Assembly (NCBI GenBank): GCA_028534125.1
Contig: CM052816.1
Coordinates: forward strand, 8,992,001 to 9,056,000
Source of the DNA: Lama glama
Lineage: Eukaryota
Reading direction: 5' to 3'
Length of the DNA stretch: 64,000 nt
In this document: positions 63,797 to 64,000 of the stretch, piece after piece
Numbering within the stretch: position 1 is the stretch's first letter
Layout of the letters: every line of letters begins with the position of its first letter
The notes under the pieces: model-generated
What the model saw: only the letters and a program-made list of their open reading frames with translations
What the model was told of the DNA's origin: nothing
The model's database searches: none
Program-made: the position numbers and the translations under genes

Positions 63797-64000
63797 GGCC
63801 ACAGTACCCAAAGCAATTTACAGGTTTAATGCCATCCCTATCAAATTACCCAGGACATTTTTCACAGAACTAGAAAAATCCTAAAATTTATATGGAATCA
63901 CAAAAGATCCAGAATTGCCAAAGCAATACTGAAGAAAAAGAATGAAGATGGAGGAATAACCGTCCCAGACTTCAGACAACACTACAGAGCTACCATAATC
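63797..64000 (+). mobile_element. Second 5'-truncated L1 (ORF2 region), runs off the window end
   Basis: cccaaagcaatttacaggtttaatgccatccctatcaaattaccc...gaagaaaaagaatgaagatggaggaataac, closely similar to 41182-41375 of the other L1. Confidence 0.92.

Noticed and set aside
1..64000. CRISPR arrays, operons, defence systems, or a novel multi-gene system
   Set aside because: The sequence is mammalian intronic DNA with no repeat-spacer arrays and no long unexplained ORFs. No second protein-coding gene, rRNA, snoRNA or miRNA could be supported by eye.

Overview
Mammalian (eutherian) genomic DNA, most likely a camelid because it carries two tRNA-derived Vic-1-type SINEs. The window appears to lie entirely within ABLIM3 (actin-binding LIM protein 3) on the minus strand. 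Seven coding exons are resolved with canonical AG/GT boundaries: 43326-43463, 31142-31325, 29163-29275, 22222-22315, 15619-15706, 3642-3700 and 1543-1614. They encode most of the four LIM domains and the start of the Ser-rich linker. The start codon exon and the 3' exons (including the villin headpiece) lie outside the window. The exon for the first part of LIM3 is not visible and most plausibly falls in the 500-N gap at 25173-25672. The rest is intronic and rich in interspersed repeats (L1, L2, CR1/L3, MIR, MaLR/ERVL LTRs, hAT/MER DNA transposons) and simple repeats. I found no convincing new biological system. The best leads are a compact GATA/NKX2-5/CArG-like/MEF2 motif cluster, a MIR-tail-derived minisatellite that forms a signal-peptide-like Gly-rich ORF, and two L1s apparently sharing one target site. 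Gene and repeat-family names come from recognition by memory, not database searches. Repeat boundaries are approximate unless target-site duplications (TSDs) are quoted.
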